Below, piece after piece: positions 10,038-18,885 of a DNA stretch of 64,000 nucleotides (its first letter is position 1; each line of letters opens with the position of its first letter). A program made the translations under genes and the position numbers. The stretch comes from an uncultured Actinomycetes bacterium (lineage in GTDB: Bacteria > Actinomycetota > Thermoleophilia > Gaiellales > Gaiellaceae), in NCBI GenBank assembly GCA_963839755.1, contig CAWIVU010000008.1:228263-292262 (forward strand). The letters are read 5' to 3'. The notes beneath the pieces were generated by a model. That model saw nothing but the letters and a program-made list of their open reading frames with translations. It did no database searches and was not told where the DNA came from.

Positions 10038-11123
10038 GTGTTGATCGTGGGCGGCGGAATTGCCGGTCTCGCGCTGGCCCGCGCCCTGCTTCAGCGCGGC
10101 ATCACGGCCGAGGTCGTCGAGCGGGTGAACGAGTGGGAGCCCTCGGGTGCCGGCTTGTATCTGCCGGGCAACGCTGTACGGGCATTGCACGAGCTCGGTG
10201 TCGGAGCCGCCGTCGCCGCCCGCGCCAACCCGATCGGGCGACAGCGCCTCCTCGACCATCGCGGCCGGCTACTCGCCGAAATCGACGTCGACCGGTTGTG
10301 GGACGGGGTCGGCGGCTGCGTGGCGATCCATCGCGGCGGGCTGCATGAGGTGCTGCTCGACGCGACTGCGGCCGTGGAAGTCCGGCTCGGTGTGTCGGTG
10401 ACCGGCCTGGAGGACGGCGGCGCGCCGCGGGTGACCTTCTCGGACGGCTCGACCGGCACCTACGACCTGGTGGTCGGTGCGGACGGCGTCCATTCGACGG
10501 TCCGCAGCCTTGCGCTTGGCGGCCCCGCGCCCGGCTTCGTGGGACAGGCGTCCTGGCGGTTCGTCGTCGACGGCGTCCCCGACATCCGCGACTGGACCGT
10601 CATGCTGGGCCGAGGCCGATCGTTCCTCACCGTCTCGTTGGGCAGTGGAGTCGTGTACGTCTACGCAGACGTCAGCACGAACGATTCCGATGGCGTCGCA
10701 CGCGAGGACTGGCGCGCGTGGTTCGCGGACTTCGCTGAGCCAGTGCCCAGCCTCCTCGCTCGCGCTGCCGAGGCGTACTTCGCGCCGATCGAGGAGGTCG
10801 CTCCGCCCGCCTGGACTGCAGGCCGCGTCGTGCTGGTCGGCGATGCCGCCCACGCCAGCTCGCCGAACATGGCACAGGGTGCCGCCATGGCGCTCGAGGA
10901 TGCACTCGTACTCGCCGAGACGCTCACCGCCGACCGAGTCGCCGATCAGGCGCTCGCCGGCTACGTACAGCGCCGCATGAGTCGGGTGACGTGGGTGCAG
11001 GAGCAGACTCATCGCCGCGACCGCACGAGGAACCTGCCCCCGATTGTTCGAAACCTCACTCTGCGCCTCGCCGCCGAGCGCATCTTCAGATCCAACTACG
11101 GGCCCCTCCGAGACTTACCGTAG
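10038..11123 (+). CDS. FAD-dependent monooxygenase
   Basis: GGGIAG, VGADGVHS and LVGDAAHASSPNMAQG fingerprints. Confidence 0.9.
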   Translation: MLIVGGGIAGLALARALLQRGITAEVVERVNEWEPSGAGLYLPGNAVRALHELGVGAAVAARANPIGRQRLLDHRGRLLAEIDVDRLWDGVGGCVAIHRGGLHEVLLDATAAVEVRLGVSVTGLEDGGAPRVTFSDGSTGTYDLVVGADGVHSTVRSLALGGPAPGFVGQASWRFVVDGVPDIRDWTVMLGRGRSFLTVSLGSGVVYVYADVSTNDSDGVAREDWRAWFADFAEPVPSLLARAAEAYFAPIEEVAPPAWTAGRVVLVGDAAHASSPNMAQGAAMALEDALVLAETLTADRVADQALAGYVQRRMSRVTWVQEQTHRRDRTRNLPPIVRNLTLRLAAERIFRSNYGPLRDLP

Positions 11124-11173
11124 ACGGCCGCGCACGCACCAAGCACAGCCGGCAGAGCGAGGGCACTCGCGTC

Positions 11174-12213
11174 GTGCGGATTGACGACCTGCGGCGTTGC
11201 CTAGTTGTTGCCTTCGAACGTCTCGAGCTGACGCCAGAGGATGCTGAGGGACTCGCGGGCTCCTCGTCGACTCCGAGCTTCGCGGGCACCCCGACCACGG
11301 CGTCGCCGCCCTTGGGGTGCTGACCACCTTCTACCGCGAACGCAAGCTCAACCCCCGCCCGCGCGTCCACGTGCTCCGCGAGACGGATAGCGCGCTGCTC
11401 CTCGACGGAGACCGCGGTTGTGGACCCGGCGCGCCGACTCGCGCGATGAGGTGGTGTATCGAGCGCGCCCGCGAGCGCCCGGGCATGGCTGTCGCCGCCG
11501 TCCGCGACTGGCAACTCCTGATCGCCGCGCCCTACGCGCGGCTGGCGGCCGAGGCCGGTCTGATCGGCTTCGCTTGCACGAACTTCATCCCGCTCGTCGC
11601 CCCACCCGGCGGCCGGACGCCGGTCCTCGGCACCAACCCCATCGCGTACGGCCTCCCCGCTCGACGCCACCACCCCGTCGTCCTCGACATCGCCACGACC
11701 GTCAGCTCGATGCAGAAGGTCCGCCTCGCAGCCCAGCTGGGCATGGCGATGCCGGACGAAGTGATCTTCGATTCAGCCGGGCGCGCGACAACCGATCCGG
11801 ACGCACTTCTCGCCGGTGGGTTGCTGGCGCCGTTGGGTCACCCGCACGCGCCGCACAAGGGCTTCGGCCTGGCGTTGTTCATCGACGCCCTGAGCGGTGT
11901 GCTGAGCGGAAGCGGATTCGCCCAAAGCGTTGGCAACGGGGCGGCGGGAAACTTCCTCTGGGCCCTCGACGTCGAAGCGTTCCTACCGCAGCAAGAGTTC
12001 CTGGCGCGGATGGACGCACAGCTCGATCAGATCAAGCAGGGGGAGCGGCTTCCAGGAGTTGACGAACTCGTGCTACCCGGCGAGCGCGGCCAGCGACGGT
12101 GGCTGGACCTCACCGCCCGCGGCGTGGTACCCCTGGAGCGAGCGGGTTGGCAGATGATTGAGCAGGCCTGCGAGTCGCTGGGCACTCCACTGCCCACCGT
12201 GCTTGCGAACTGA
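11174..12213 (+). CDS. Ldh_2 family (malate/L-lactate/sulfolactate-type) oxidoreductase, apparent frameshift
   Basis: DSELRGHPDHG after a frame change near 11260, then GTNPIAYG, LDIATT, HKGFGLAL and LPGE. Confidence 0.85.
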
Positions 12214-12476
12214 GGCCGTTACCCGGAGCGAGCATCGGTAGTCGTGAGTCCTGCCGCTTCCCTCCAGCGTCGCCGACTTCGGCCGTCGACCTCTCCCTTA
12301 CGACCGGCAGTAGTAGTCACAGGCGGCAACAGCTTCGGCTCCTTCCGGCTGGGTCGACTTTCTTACGCCCTTCGTTTCAGCCGTCCGTTGGCATGCGGGC
12401 CGCGGATGTGGGCGCTCTGTGCTCGGCGACGAGGACGCGGGCCGAGGGAAGGGTCGGCCTTCCCCCGGCTCAGGAT

Positions 12477-13007
12477 CTACGAACAGCTGACGTCCGGATT
12501 CCAGGGCGTGAGCAGTCCACTCGGGTTCGGTTTCCAGATCCACGCGTGGAGCGAATAGAACGGGGGCAGCCCGTACCGGTTCGGCTCGTCGGTGAAGTCG
12601 AACTCCCGGCCAAAGAGCGAGGGCTTGGCCATGTTGCCCGCCGCCTCCCAGTCCGCCTCGAAAACGATGTACTCGAGCGCGACGAGCTTGTAGGTGCCGT
12701 TGTTTCGCTGCTCGTAGACGACCGCCTCCGGCGCAGTGGCGTCGATGACGCCCTGGTCGAGGAGCAGGTCGGGATTGACGAAGTGATCGCCCATCGCGCC
12801 CTCGGCGCCGTGGGCGATGCAGGTCGCGCCGCTGAGCTCAGCGACGTGAACGACGTAGCCGGCGTCCTGTGCCTTCTCGAGGTCGTGGAACGCTGCCGTC
12901 GCAGACGCTGCCTCGGCCGCCGCAGAACGGTCACTTGACGCTGCCGCGTAACCGGCGATCCCTAGGAGTGGCACAACGCTCAGAACGATGATGATCAGTC
13001 GCTTCAT
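12477..13007 (-). CDS. Secreted hypothetical protein (GAMGxHFVN / LHAW motifs)
   Basis: N-terminal signal peptide MKRLIIIVLSVVPLLG. GAAGGGAG RBS. Lies directly after the DUF4242 gene. Confidence 0.8.
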   Translation of the reverse strand: MKRLIIIVLSVVPLLGIAGYAAASSDRSAAAEAASATAAFHDLEKAQDAGYVVHVAELSGATCIAHGAEGAMGDHFVNPDLLLDQGVIDATAPEAVVYEQRNNGTYKLVALEYIVFEADWEAAGNMAKPSLFGREFDFTDEPNRYGLPPFYSLHAWIWKPNPSGLLTPWNPDVSCS

Positions 13008-13024
13008 GACATCCGCTCCCTTCA

Positions 13025-13321
13025 TCAGACGACTGCCGGCTCGGGGTCCGGACGAACGATGACGGTGTCGGCGACGGGAACGATTTCGTCGACCGGCAGG
13101 TCGGCGATCTTCGCGTGACGCCGAATCGCTTCCACATCGGTGGCCTGGTAGATGCAGACGGTTCCCACTGTTCCATCCTCCTCAGCCAGCGCGTAGCTGC
13201 GGATCCAGCGGACGGCGTCGGGCGTCTGCTCGTCGCCGACCTGCCTCGAGCGCATCGCCGCCGCCTCGAGTTCCTCCGGCGTCCTCCAGCCGCGGCGGCG
13301 CAGGATCGCGTAGGTCTGCAT
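13025..13321 (-). CDS. DUF4242 domain protein
   Basis: VRWIRSY...TVCIYQA...AIRRHA...LPVDEI pattern. GAGGAGG RBS. Confidence 0.85.
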   Translation of the reverse strand: MQTYAILRRRGWRTPEELEAAAMRSRQVGDEQTPDAVRWIRSYALAEEDGTVGTVCIYQATDVEAIRRHAKIADLPVDEIVPVADTVIVRPDPEPAVV

Positions 13322-13363
13322 TCGACTACCTCCTCGGTCGGGGGTGTTGCCGAGCGAGGGTGG

Positions 13364-13510
13364 ACCCTAGGAGCGGGCCGCTGGCCGGGCTATCGGGAGT
13401 TCTCCCCATGCCACCAGCCCGTGCTCCATCGCGAACAGGGTCGCCGCCGCGCGGGTCGACACGCCGACCTTGCGGTAGCCGTTCTGGATGTGGTGGTCGA
13501 CAGTCTTGAC
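13364..13510 (-). repeat. Inverted copy of the 3' end of the HD-GYP/LuxR regulator gene, containing operator and -10
   Basis: Reverse complement is near-identical to about 15045-15190. Operator at 13392-13409 and TAGGGT at 13364-13369 point into the DUF4242 gene. Confidence 0.85.
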
Positions 13511-13594
13511 CCGCGCGCGACACACCACATATTTCATGGCAAGGCCATAGCGCGGCGAAGGTCGCCCACGAGGCGGCGGGAGTACGCTCGCGTC

Positions 13595-15187
13595 GTGTCG
13601 ACTGGAGCGTCACAGGGTGGACAGGTCCGAAGCGCGGAGCTGGTCGCGGCGCTGTGTCTGGCGTCGGATCTCGGCATGGGGTTCCCGTTCGAGCACGGCC
13701 TGCACAGCACTCTGATCGCGATGCGGCTCGCCGAGCGGCTCGGCGTCGACGGCGAGGACGTCTCGCAGACTTACTACGCCTGCCTCCTCTCTCATTCAGG
13801 TTGCACCACGGACGCGCACGTCACCCCGGAGATTTTCGGCGGTTCCCTGACGACTACCTTCCATCCCGTCATGTACGGGTCGGGACGCGAAGTCCTGACC
13901 GGGCTCATCCGCACGCTTCCAGACCCGGAGAGCCGGGGGTTGGTGCGTGCTGGCCAGGTCGCCCGTCGGCTGCCGAGGATGGCTCGGGAGATGCGTCCGC
14001 ACCTCACTGCCACGTGCGAGGTGGCTGGGATGCTTGCGGCTGGGTTGGGTCTTTCAGGGTCGGTGCGAGGCCTGTTCGCGCATCGGTTCGAGCGCTGGGA
14101 CGGTCACGGACCGCTGGGCCGCGCGAAGGGCGACGAGATCGCGCTGCCGATGCGGATAGTCCATCTCGCGGTGGACGCCGCCTTCCAATACCTGCTCGGG
14201 GGCGAGGAACGCGTCGTGCGGCTGGCTCGCGACCGTGCGGGGCACGCCTTCGACCCGGAGGTCGCCGCCTGCCTCGCCGACCATGCCAGGGAGATCCTCG
14301 CTTGGGACGAGCACGCCTCGGTCTGGGAAGAGACGCTCTCCTGCGAGCCAGGCCCGCCGCTTTCTCTCGAGAGAGAGGCGCTCGATCGCGCGCTCGCGGC
14401 GATGGGCAACTTCGCCGATCTGATCTCGCCGTATCTGGCGGGTCACTCGGCGGCCGTGGCGGAGCTCGCCGCAGCGGCTGCCCAGCGCTGCCGGATGGAC
14501 GAAGCCGGCGTCGCTGTCCTTCGACATGCCGCTCTCGTCCACGACCTCGGTCGGGTCGCAGTCCCCTCGCGGATCTGGCAGAAGCCCGGACCGCTGAACG
14601 CGGACGAGTGGGAGCAGGTCAGGCTGCATCCCTATTACACCGAGCGAGTCCTCGCGCGCTCGGAATTCCTGGCGTCGCTCGCACGCGTTGCCGGAGCCCA
14701 CCACGAGCGCCTCGACGGCTCCGGCTATCACCGCGGAGTCGCTGGTGCGGAGCTCACGCGGCCGGCCCGCGTGCTGGCTGCCGCTGACGCCTATTGCGCG
14801 ATGACGGCGTCGCGGCCCTACCGCGAGCCACTGCCGCCCGAGCAGGCGGCGGACGAACTCGCGCGGGAGGCGAGCGCCGGACGGCTCGACGCCGACGCGG
14901 TGACCGCGGTCTTGGATGCGGCTGGGCAGGACGTGCCGCGACTCGAGAGACCGGCGGGGCTTACGGAGCGCGAGGCCAGGGTCGTCGGCATGCTCGGTCG
15001 CGGCCTGCAGACCAAGGAGATCGCAGCCGCGCTCGGGATCTCGTCCAAGACCGCCGACCGCCACATCCAGAACGCCTACCGCAAGATCGGCGTGTCGACC
15101 CGCGCGGCGGCGACCCTGTTCGCGATGGAGCACGGGCTGGTGGCATGGGGAGAACTCCCGATTGCCCGGCCAGCGGCCCGCTCATAG
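13595..15187 (+). CDS. HD-GYP domain / LuxR-type HTH transcriptional regulator
   Basis: Degenerate first HD-like domain (ERWDG.GP), HDLGR and HHERLDGSGY, C-terminal LuxR HTH. Start inferred at GTG 13595. Confidence 0.9.
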   Translation: MSTGASQGGQVRSAELVAALCLASDLGMGFPFEHGLHSTLIAMRLAERLGVDGEDVSQTYYACLLSHSGCTTDAHVTPEIFGGSLTTTFHPVMYGSGREVLTGLIRTLPDPESRGLVRAGQVARRLPRMAREMRPHLTATCEVAGMLAAGLGLSGSVRGLFAHRFERWDGHGPLGRAKGDEIALPMRIVHLAVDAAFQYLLGGEERVVRLARDRAGHAFDPEVAACLADHAREILAWDEHASVWEETLSCEPGPPLSLEREALDRALAAMGNFADLISPYLAGHSAAVAELAAAAAQRCRMDEAGVAVLRHAALVHDLGRVAVPSRIWQKPGPLNADEWEQVRLHPYYTERVLARSEFLASLARVAGAHHERLDGSGYHRGVAGAELTRPARVLAAADAYCAMTASRPYREPLPPEQAADELAREASAGRLDADAVTAVLDAAGQDVPRLERPAGLTEREARVVGMLGRGLQTKEIAAALGISSKTADRHIQNAYRKIGVSTRAAATLFAMEHGLVAWGELPIARPAARS

Positions 15188-15226
15188 CGTCCTTCTCAGC
15201 CGCTTCAGCGAACCAAAGGAGCAGCT

Positions 15227-16156
15227 ATGCGAGGCGATACAGCGCATACCGTCGGAGACGCGGCGGTGAGCTCGTTCGCGGGGGTCCGGACCGCCGATGT
15301 CAACGGGGCCGCGCTCGCGTACCGCGAGCAGGGCGGGGGCGAGCCTGTTGTCTTCGTGCACGGCAGTGCCGACGATCTCCGCTCGTGGGATCAGCAGCTC
15401 CCGGCGATCGGCGCCTCCTACCGCGCGATCGCCTACAGCCGCCGCTACGCGCGGCCGAATGAGGATATCGAGCCGGACGCGGACAACCAGACGCTCCCGC
15501 ACGTGGACGACCTGGTCACCTTCCTGCGGGTGATGGACGCCACGCCCGCCCACCTCGTCGGCCATTCGTGGGGCGCGCTCATCTGTCTGCTGACCGCGAT
15601 TCGGCACCCGCAGGTCGTACGCAGCCTCGTGCTCCAGGAGCCGCCCGTGCTGTCGCTCTTCATGAGCACGCGGCCCCGCCCAACGGAGCTGCTCCGGCTC
15701 TTCGTTCGGCGGCCGAGGACCGCGCGGGTGATCCTCAGCTTTGGCGTGAAGACGGCTTTGCCCGCCGAGAGGGCCTTCCGGCAGGGCGACGACGAGGCGG
15801 CGCTGCAGGCATATGCCCTTGGTCTGCTCGGCAAGGACACCTGGCAGCGGATTCCGAAGGAGCGCAAGCAGCAGGCGTTTGAGAACGTGCCCTCGCTGCG
15901 GGCGCAGGTGCTCGGTGCAGGCTTCCCGCCGCTGAGCGACGACGACGTGCGACGTGTCCAGGCCCCGACCTTGCTCATGACCGGAGCGCGGAGTCCCGCC
16001 TATCTGCCACGGCTGACCGACCGCCTGCAGCAGCTGCTGCCGAACGCGGAACGGGTCGAGATCGCGGCAGCGTCGCACCTCATGAACGAGGAGAACCCCG
16101 CAGCGGCCAACGAGGCGATCCTCGACTTCCTGTCGCGGGCGGGTCGGCGGAGATAA
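15227..16156 (+). CDS. Alpha/beta hydrolase
   Basis: VFVHG oxyanion motif, GHSWG nucleophile elbow, C-terminal ASH. Confidence 0.88.
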   Translation: MRGDTAHTVGDAAVSSFAGVRTADVNGAALAYREQGGGEPVVFVHGSADDLRSWDQQLPAIGASYRAIAYSRRYARPNEDIEPDADNQTLPHVDDLVTFLRVMDATPAHLVGHSWGALICLLTAIRHPQVVRSLVLQEPPVLSLFMSTRPRPTELLRLFVRRPRTARVILSFGVKTALPAERAFRQGDDEAALQAYALGLLGKDTWQRIPKERKQQAFENVPSLRAQVLGAGFPPLSDDDVRRVQAPTLLMTGARSPAYLPRLTDRLQQLLPNAERVEIAAASHLMNEENPAAANEAILDFLSRAGRRR

Positions 16157-16161
16157 CCGAG

Positions 16162-17265
16162 ATGCGAATCCTCATCGTCGGAGGTGGCATCGCAGGGCTC
16201 GCTGTGGCGCGAACGCTCGCCCGTGCGAGCTTCGCGGCCGAAGTGGTCGAAAGGGAGCCCACGTGGGACGGGGGCGGGCTCGGTATCTACCTGCCCGGGA
16301 ATGCCTCCCGTGCGCTGCGAGGGCTCGGCCTCCAGCAGGCGGTCTTGGAGCGAGGAATCGTGATCGCGCGGCAGCGTGTCAGCGACCACCGCGGCCGGTT
16401 GCTCGTCGAGGTCGATCTGGCGGAGCTGTGGGACAGCGTCGGCCTCTGCTTGGCACTCCATCGCGCAGATCTCCATGATGTCCTGCTCGAAGGGGCTCGC
16501 GAGGTGCCAATCCGGATGGGAGTCGAGGTTCGTCGGCTTCGCGAGCAAGACGGAGCCGTCACGGCCGAGTTCGGCGATGGGACCGCCGGCGAGTATGACC
16601 TCGTGATTGGCGCGGACGGAATTCGCAGCGCCGTTCGCCGGCTCGCCTTCGGTGACGACGCGGCCGCTGAGCCCGTGGGACAGGTGGGATGGCGCTTCAT
16701 CACCGCCTGCCCGCCTGCGATCACGACCTGGTCGGTGATGCTGGGCCACCGCACGGCCTTTCTCATGATCCCGATCGGGAACGGCAGGGTGTACTGCTAC
16801 TGCGACGTCGTGTCGTCGTCCAGCACCGAACAGCACGACGAGTTGGGCCAGCTCTTCTCGGGTTTCGCGGCGCCCGTGTCTGAGATCGTCGACTCGGTGG
16901 CGGGGCGGGAGGTTGTGCACTGCGCGGCGATCGAGGAGGTCGCGCTCGGCTCGTGGGTGCGCGGGCGAGTGCTGCTGATCGGGGACGCGGCGCATGCGAC
17001 CTCACCCAACATGGCTGAGGGCGCCGCGATGGCTCTCGAAGACGCGCTCGTGCTTGCCGAGTGCTTGCAGCGATCCGACGTGGTTCCAACCGCCCTGTCG
17101 GCGTTCGAGGCCCGTCGCCGGCCGCGAACGGACTGGGTTCGTGCGCAGACGCATCGCCGCGACCGAACTCGCTACCTACCAACGGCGATCCGAAACGCGG
17201 TCCTACGCGCCGTCGGCCAAAGGATCTTCCGATCGAACTACCGACCGCTGTTCGACGAGGCCTAA
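16162..17265 (+). CDS. FAD-dependent monooxygenase (paralog of 10038-11123)
   Basis: GGGIAG, IGADGIRS and IGDAAHATSPNMAEG. Shares the C-terminal QTHRRDRTR...RIFRSNY.PL. Confidence 0.9.
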   Translation: MRILIVGGGIAGLAVARTLARASFAAEVVEREPTWDGGGLGIYLPGNASRALRGLGLQQAVLERGIVIARQRVSDHRGRLLVEVDLAELWDSVGLCLALHRADLHDVLLEGAREVPIRMGVEVRRLREQDGAVTAEFGDGTAGEYDLVIGADGIRSAVRRLAFGDDAAAEPVGQVGWRFITACPPAITTWSVMLGHRTAFLMIPIGNGRVYCYCDVVSSSSTEQHDELGQLFSGFAAPVSEIVDSVAGREVVHCAAIEEVALGSWVRGRVLLIGDAAHATSPNMAEGAAMALEDALVLAECLQRSDVVPTALSAFEARRRPRTDWVRAQTHRRDRTRYLPTAIRNAVLRAVGQRIFRSNYRPLFDEA

Positions 17266-17274
17266 GGAGGCGAC

Positions 17275-18075
17275 GTGGACGAGCATCAGATCCATGTGGC
17301 GTTTTCGAACGACGGCACGAAGATCGCGGGACGGGTTCAGGGACAAGGGGCACCGATCGTCCTCGTTCACGGCGGGTTGGGCGATGGCGAGGTCTCGTGG
17401 TTCTTCATGCTCCCGTTCCTAGTCGAGCACTTCACGTGCTTCCTGATGAGCACGAGAGGTCGTGGTTTGAGCGGTGATAACGCCGACCATTCGCGTGAAC
17501 GCCAGTTCGAGGACGTCGCCGCGTTCGTGGAGAGCATCGGCGAACCGGTAGGCGTGTTCGGCCATTCGAGCGGGGCCGTCTGGGCGCTTGGCGGTGCCGC
17601 TATCTCCCCGGCTCATGTGCGCGCTCTTGCGCTCTACGAGCCACCGTTCCCAGCGCTCGAGCCGCCTATGAGTGACGAGCAGTATGAGCGGGTCAGGGCG
17701 GCAATCACTGAGGGCAGGCTGGCAGATGCCGTGCAAATCACCACGGGCGAGATCGTCGGGCTCAGTGCCGAGGAGCAGGCGCTCTTCTCGGCGCCGGACG
17801 TAGCGGAACGCGCCCAGGCGGCCCTTCCCGTGGTCGTCCAGGAACTCCCGGAGGTGAACCGGCCGTTCGAGGACGCTTTGCTCCAGAAGCTCTCGATGCG
17901 GGTGCTCGTTCTCCTCGGGGAGCGTTCGCGCGTCGAGTTCAAGCATGCTGCGCGCGACCTCGGCGAGCGGCTCGCCGACGCCCGCTTCGCCGAGATCACC
18001 GGCGCTGGCCACGTTGGCCCGCTGACTGCCCCCGAACCCGTCGCCCACGAGCTGGTCGGGTTCTTCAGCAGCTGA
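17275..18075 (+). CDS. Alpha/beta hydrolase
   Basis: VLVHGG, GHSSG, ALYEPP and GAGH. TAAGGAGG RBS. Confidence 0.88.
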   Translation: MDEHQIHVAFSNDGTKIAGRVQGQGAPIVLVHGGLGDGEVSWFFMLPFLVEHFTCFLMSTRGRGLSGDNADHSRERQFEDVAAFVESIGEPVGVFGHSSGAVWALGGAAISPAHVRALALYEPPFPALEPPMSDEQYERVRAAITEGRLADAVQITTGEIVGLSAEEQALFSAPDVAERAQAALPVVVQELPEVNRPFEDALLQKLSMRVLVLLGERSRVEFKHAARDLGERLADARFAEITGAGHVGPLTAPEPVAHELVGFFSS

Positions 18076-18097
18076 GCACGTCGACGCTCGAGGTCGA

Positions 18098-18160
18098 GTG
18101 GAGCGGATCGATGTCGCAGGGCTGACCATCGCTTTCGAGCGGACGGGTCAGGAAACTCAG
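18098..18160 (+). pseudogene. Truncated N-terminus of a third alpha/beta hydrolase
   Basis: GTG-ERIDVAGLTIAFERTGQ resembles hydrolase N-termini and then breaks off. Confidence 0.35.
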
Positions 18161-18728
18161 GCCGGCGATCGCGCGTTCTATTGCGTGACCCGAAATACGG
18201 TCACGGTTTCGGACGAAAGCGTGACCGGGATCGAACTGTCTTCCGCGCCATAAGGCGGCCCACGATGCACAACTGAGCCTCGGTTCACCTAGCCGGGACT
18301 CGATGCGAGGTGCCTGCACACAGGCAGGCGAGCGCCCGTCGTGCGCCACTCGGCCGACGCCGCGCGAAGCGTCGCTAATGGGAACGCGAAGCCTTCCGGC
18401 CGTTGACAGGACTGACACTCCACAGCCTTGCTGCGGCGAGTGGGGCGTCCCCAAAGCCTATCCCCACGAAGCCCTACTCGCACCTCGCGCGCTAGTCCGC
18501 GTCACATGACCCTTGTCCAAGCCGTTCTCGGGGCGCGGCGGGCTACTCGACTGGGACCCCCTCCTTCTTACGGAGGTGCTCCGAGGTACCGGGCAGCAGG
18601 TCGATTTGCAGGGGCTTTGCAGCCGCGCAGCGAGCTTAATAGCCCTCCCGACGGTAATGCGGAGGTGCTCTGTGGTGCTGTGTTAGACAACAAAAATCCC
18701 CGATTTCCGGGGATTTTCCTCTCACTAG

Positions 18729-18801
18729 AGCCCTCTGACGGACTCGAACCGTCGACCCCCTCCTTACCATGGAGGTGCTCTACCAACTGAGCTAAGAGGG
18801 C
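18729..18801 (-). tRNA. tRNA-Thr(GGT)
   Basis: GCCCTCTTAGCTCAGTTGGTAGAGCACCTCCATGGTAAGGAGGGGGTCGACGGTTCGAGTCCGTCAGAGGGCT forms a full cloverleaf with anticodon GGT. CCA is not encoded. Confidence 0.97.
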
Positions 18802-18838
18802 GAGGCTCGTAGGGTAGCCGGTTCGCGTGCCGCGATCG

Positions 18839-18868
18839 GGCTCGGCTCGGCGGATGCCGAGCCGAGCC
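18839..18868. terminator. Strong hairpin after the SMP-30-like gene
   Basis: GGCTCGGCTCGGC-GGAT-GCCGAGCCGAGCC, a 13-bp perfect stem. Confidence 0.6.
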
Positions 18869-18885
18869 TCGTACGCCTTCAGTAC

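Larger units (their letters stand above)
6699..18775. mobile_element. Putative integrase-less genomic island at tRNA-Thr(GGT)
   Basis: Bounded by the exact 50-bp tRNA 3' repeat and carries accessory enzymes and gene fragments. No recombinase gene is visible. Confidence 0.7.

Noticed and set aside
13115-13594. 160-aa N-terminal extension of the HD-GYP/LuxR regulator
   Set aside because: It is antisense to DUF4242 and to the inverted gene-end copy. The true start is more likely GTG 13595.
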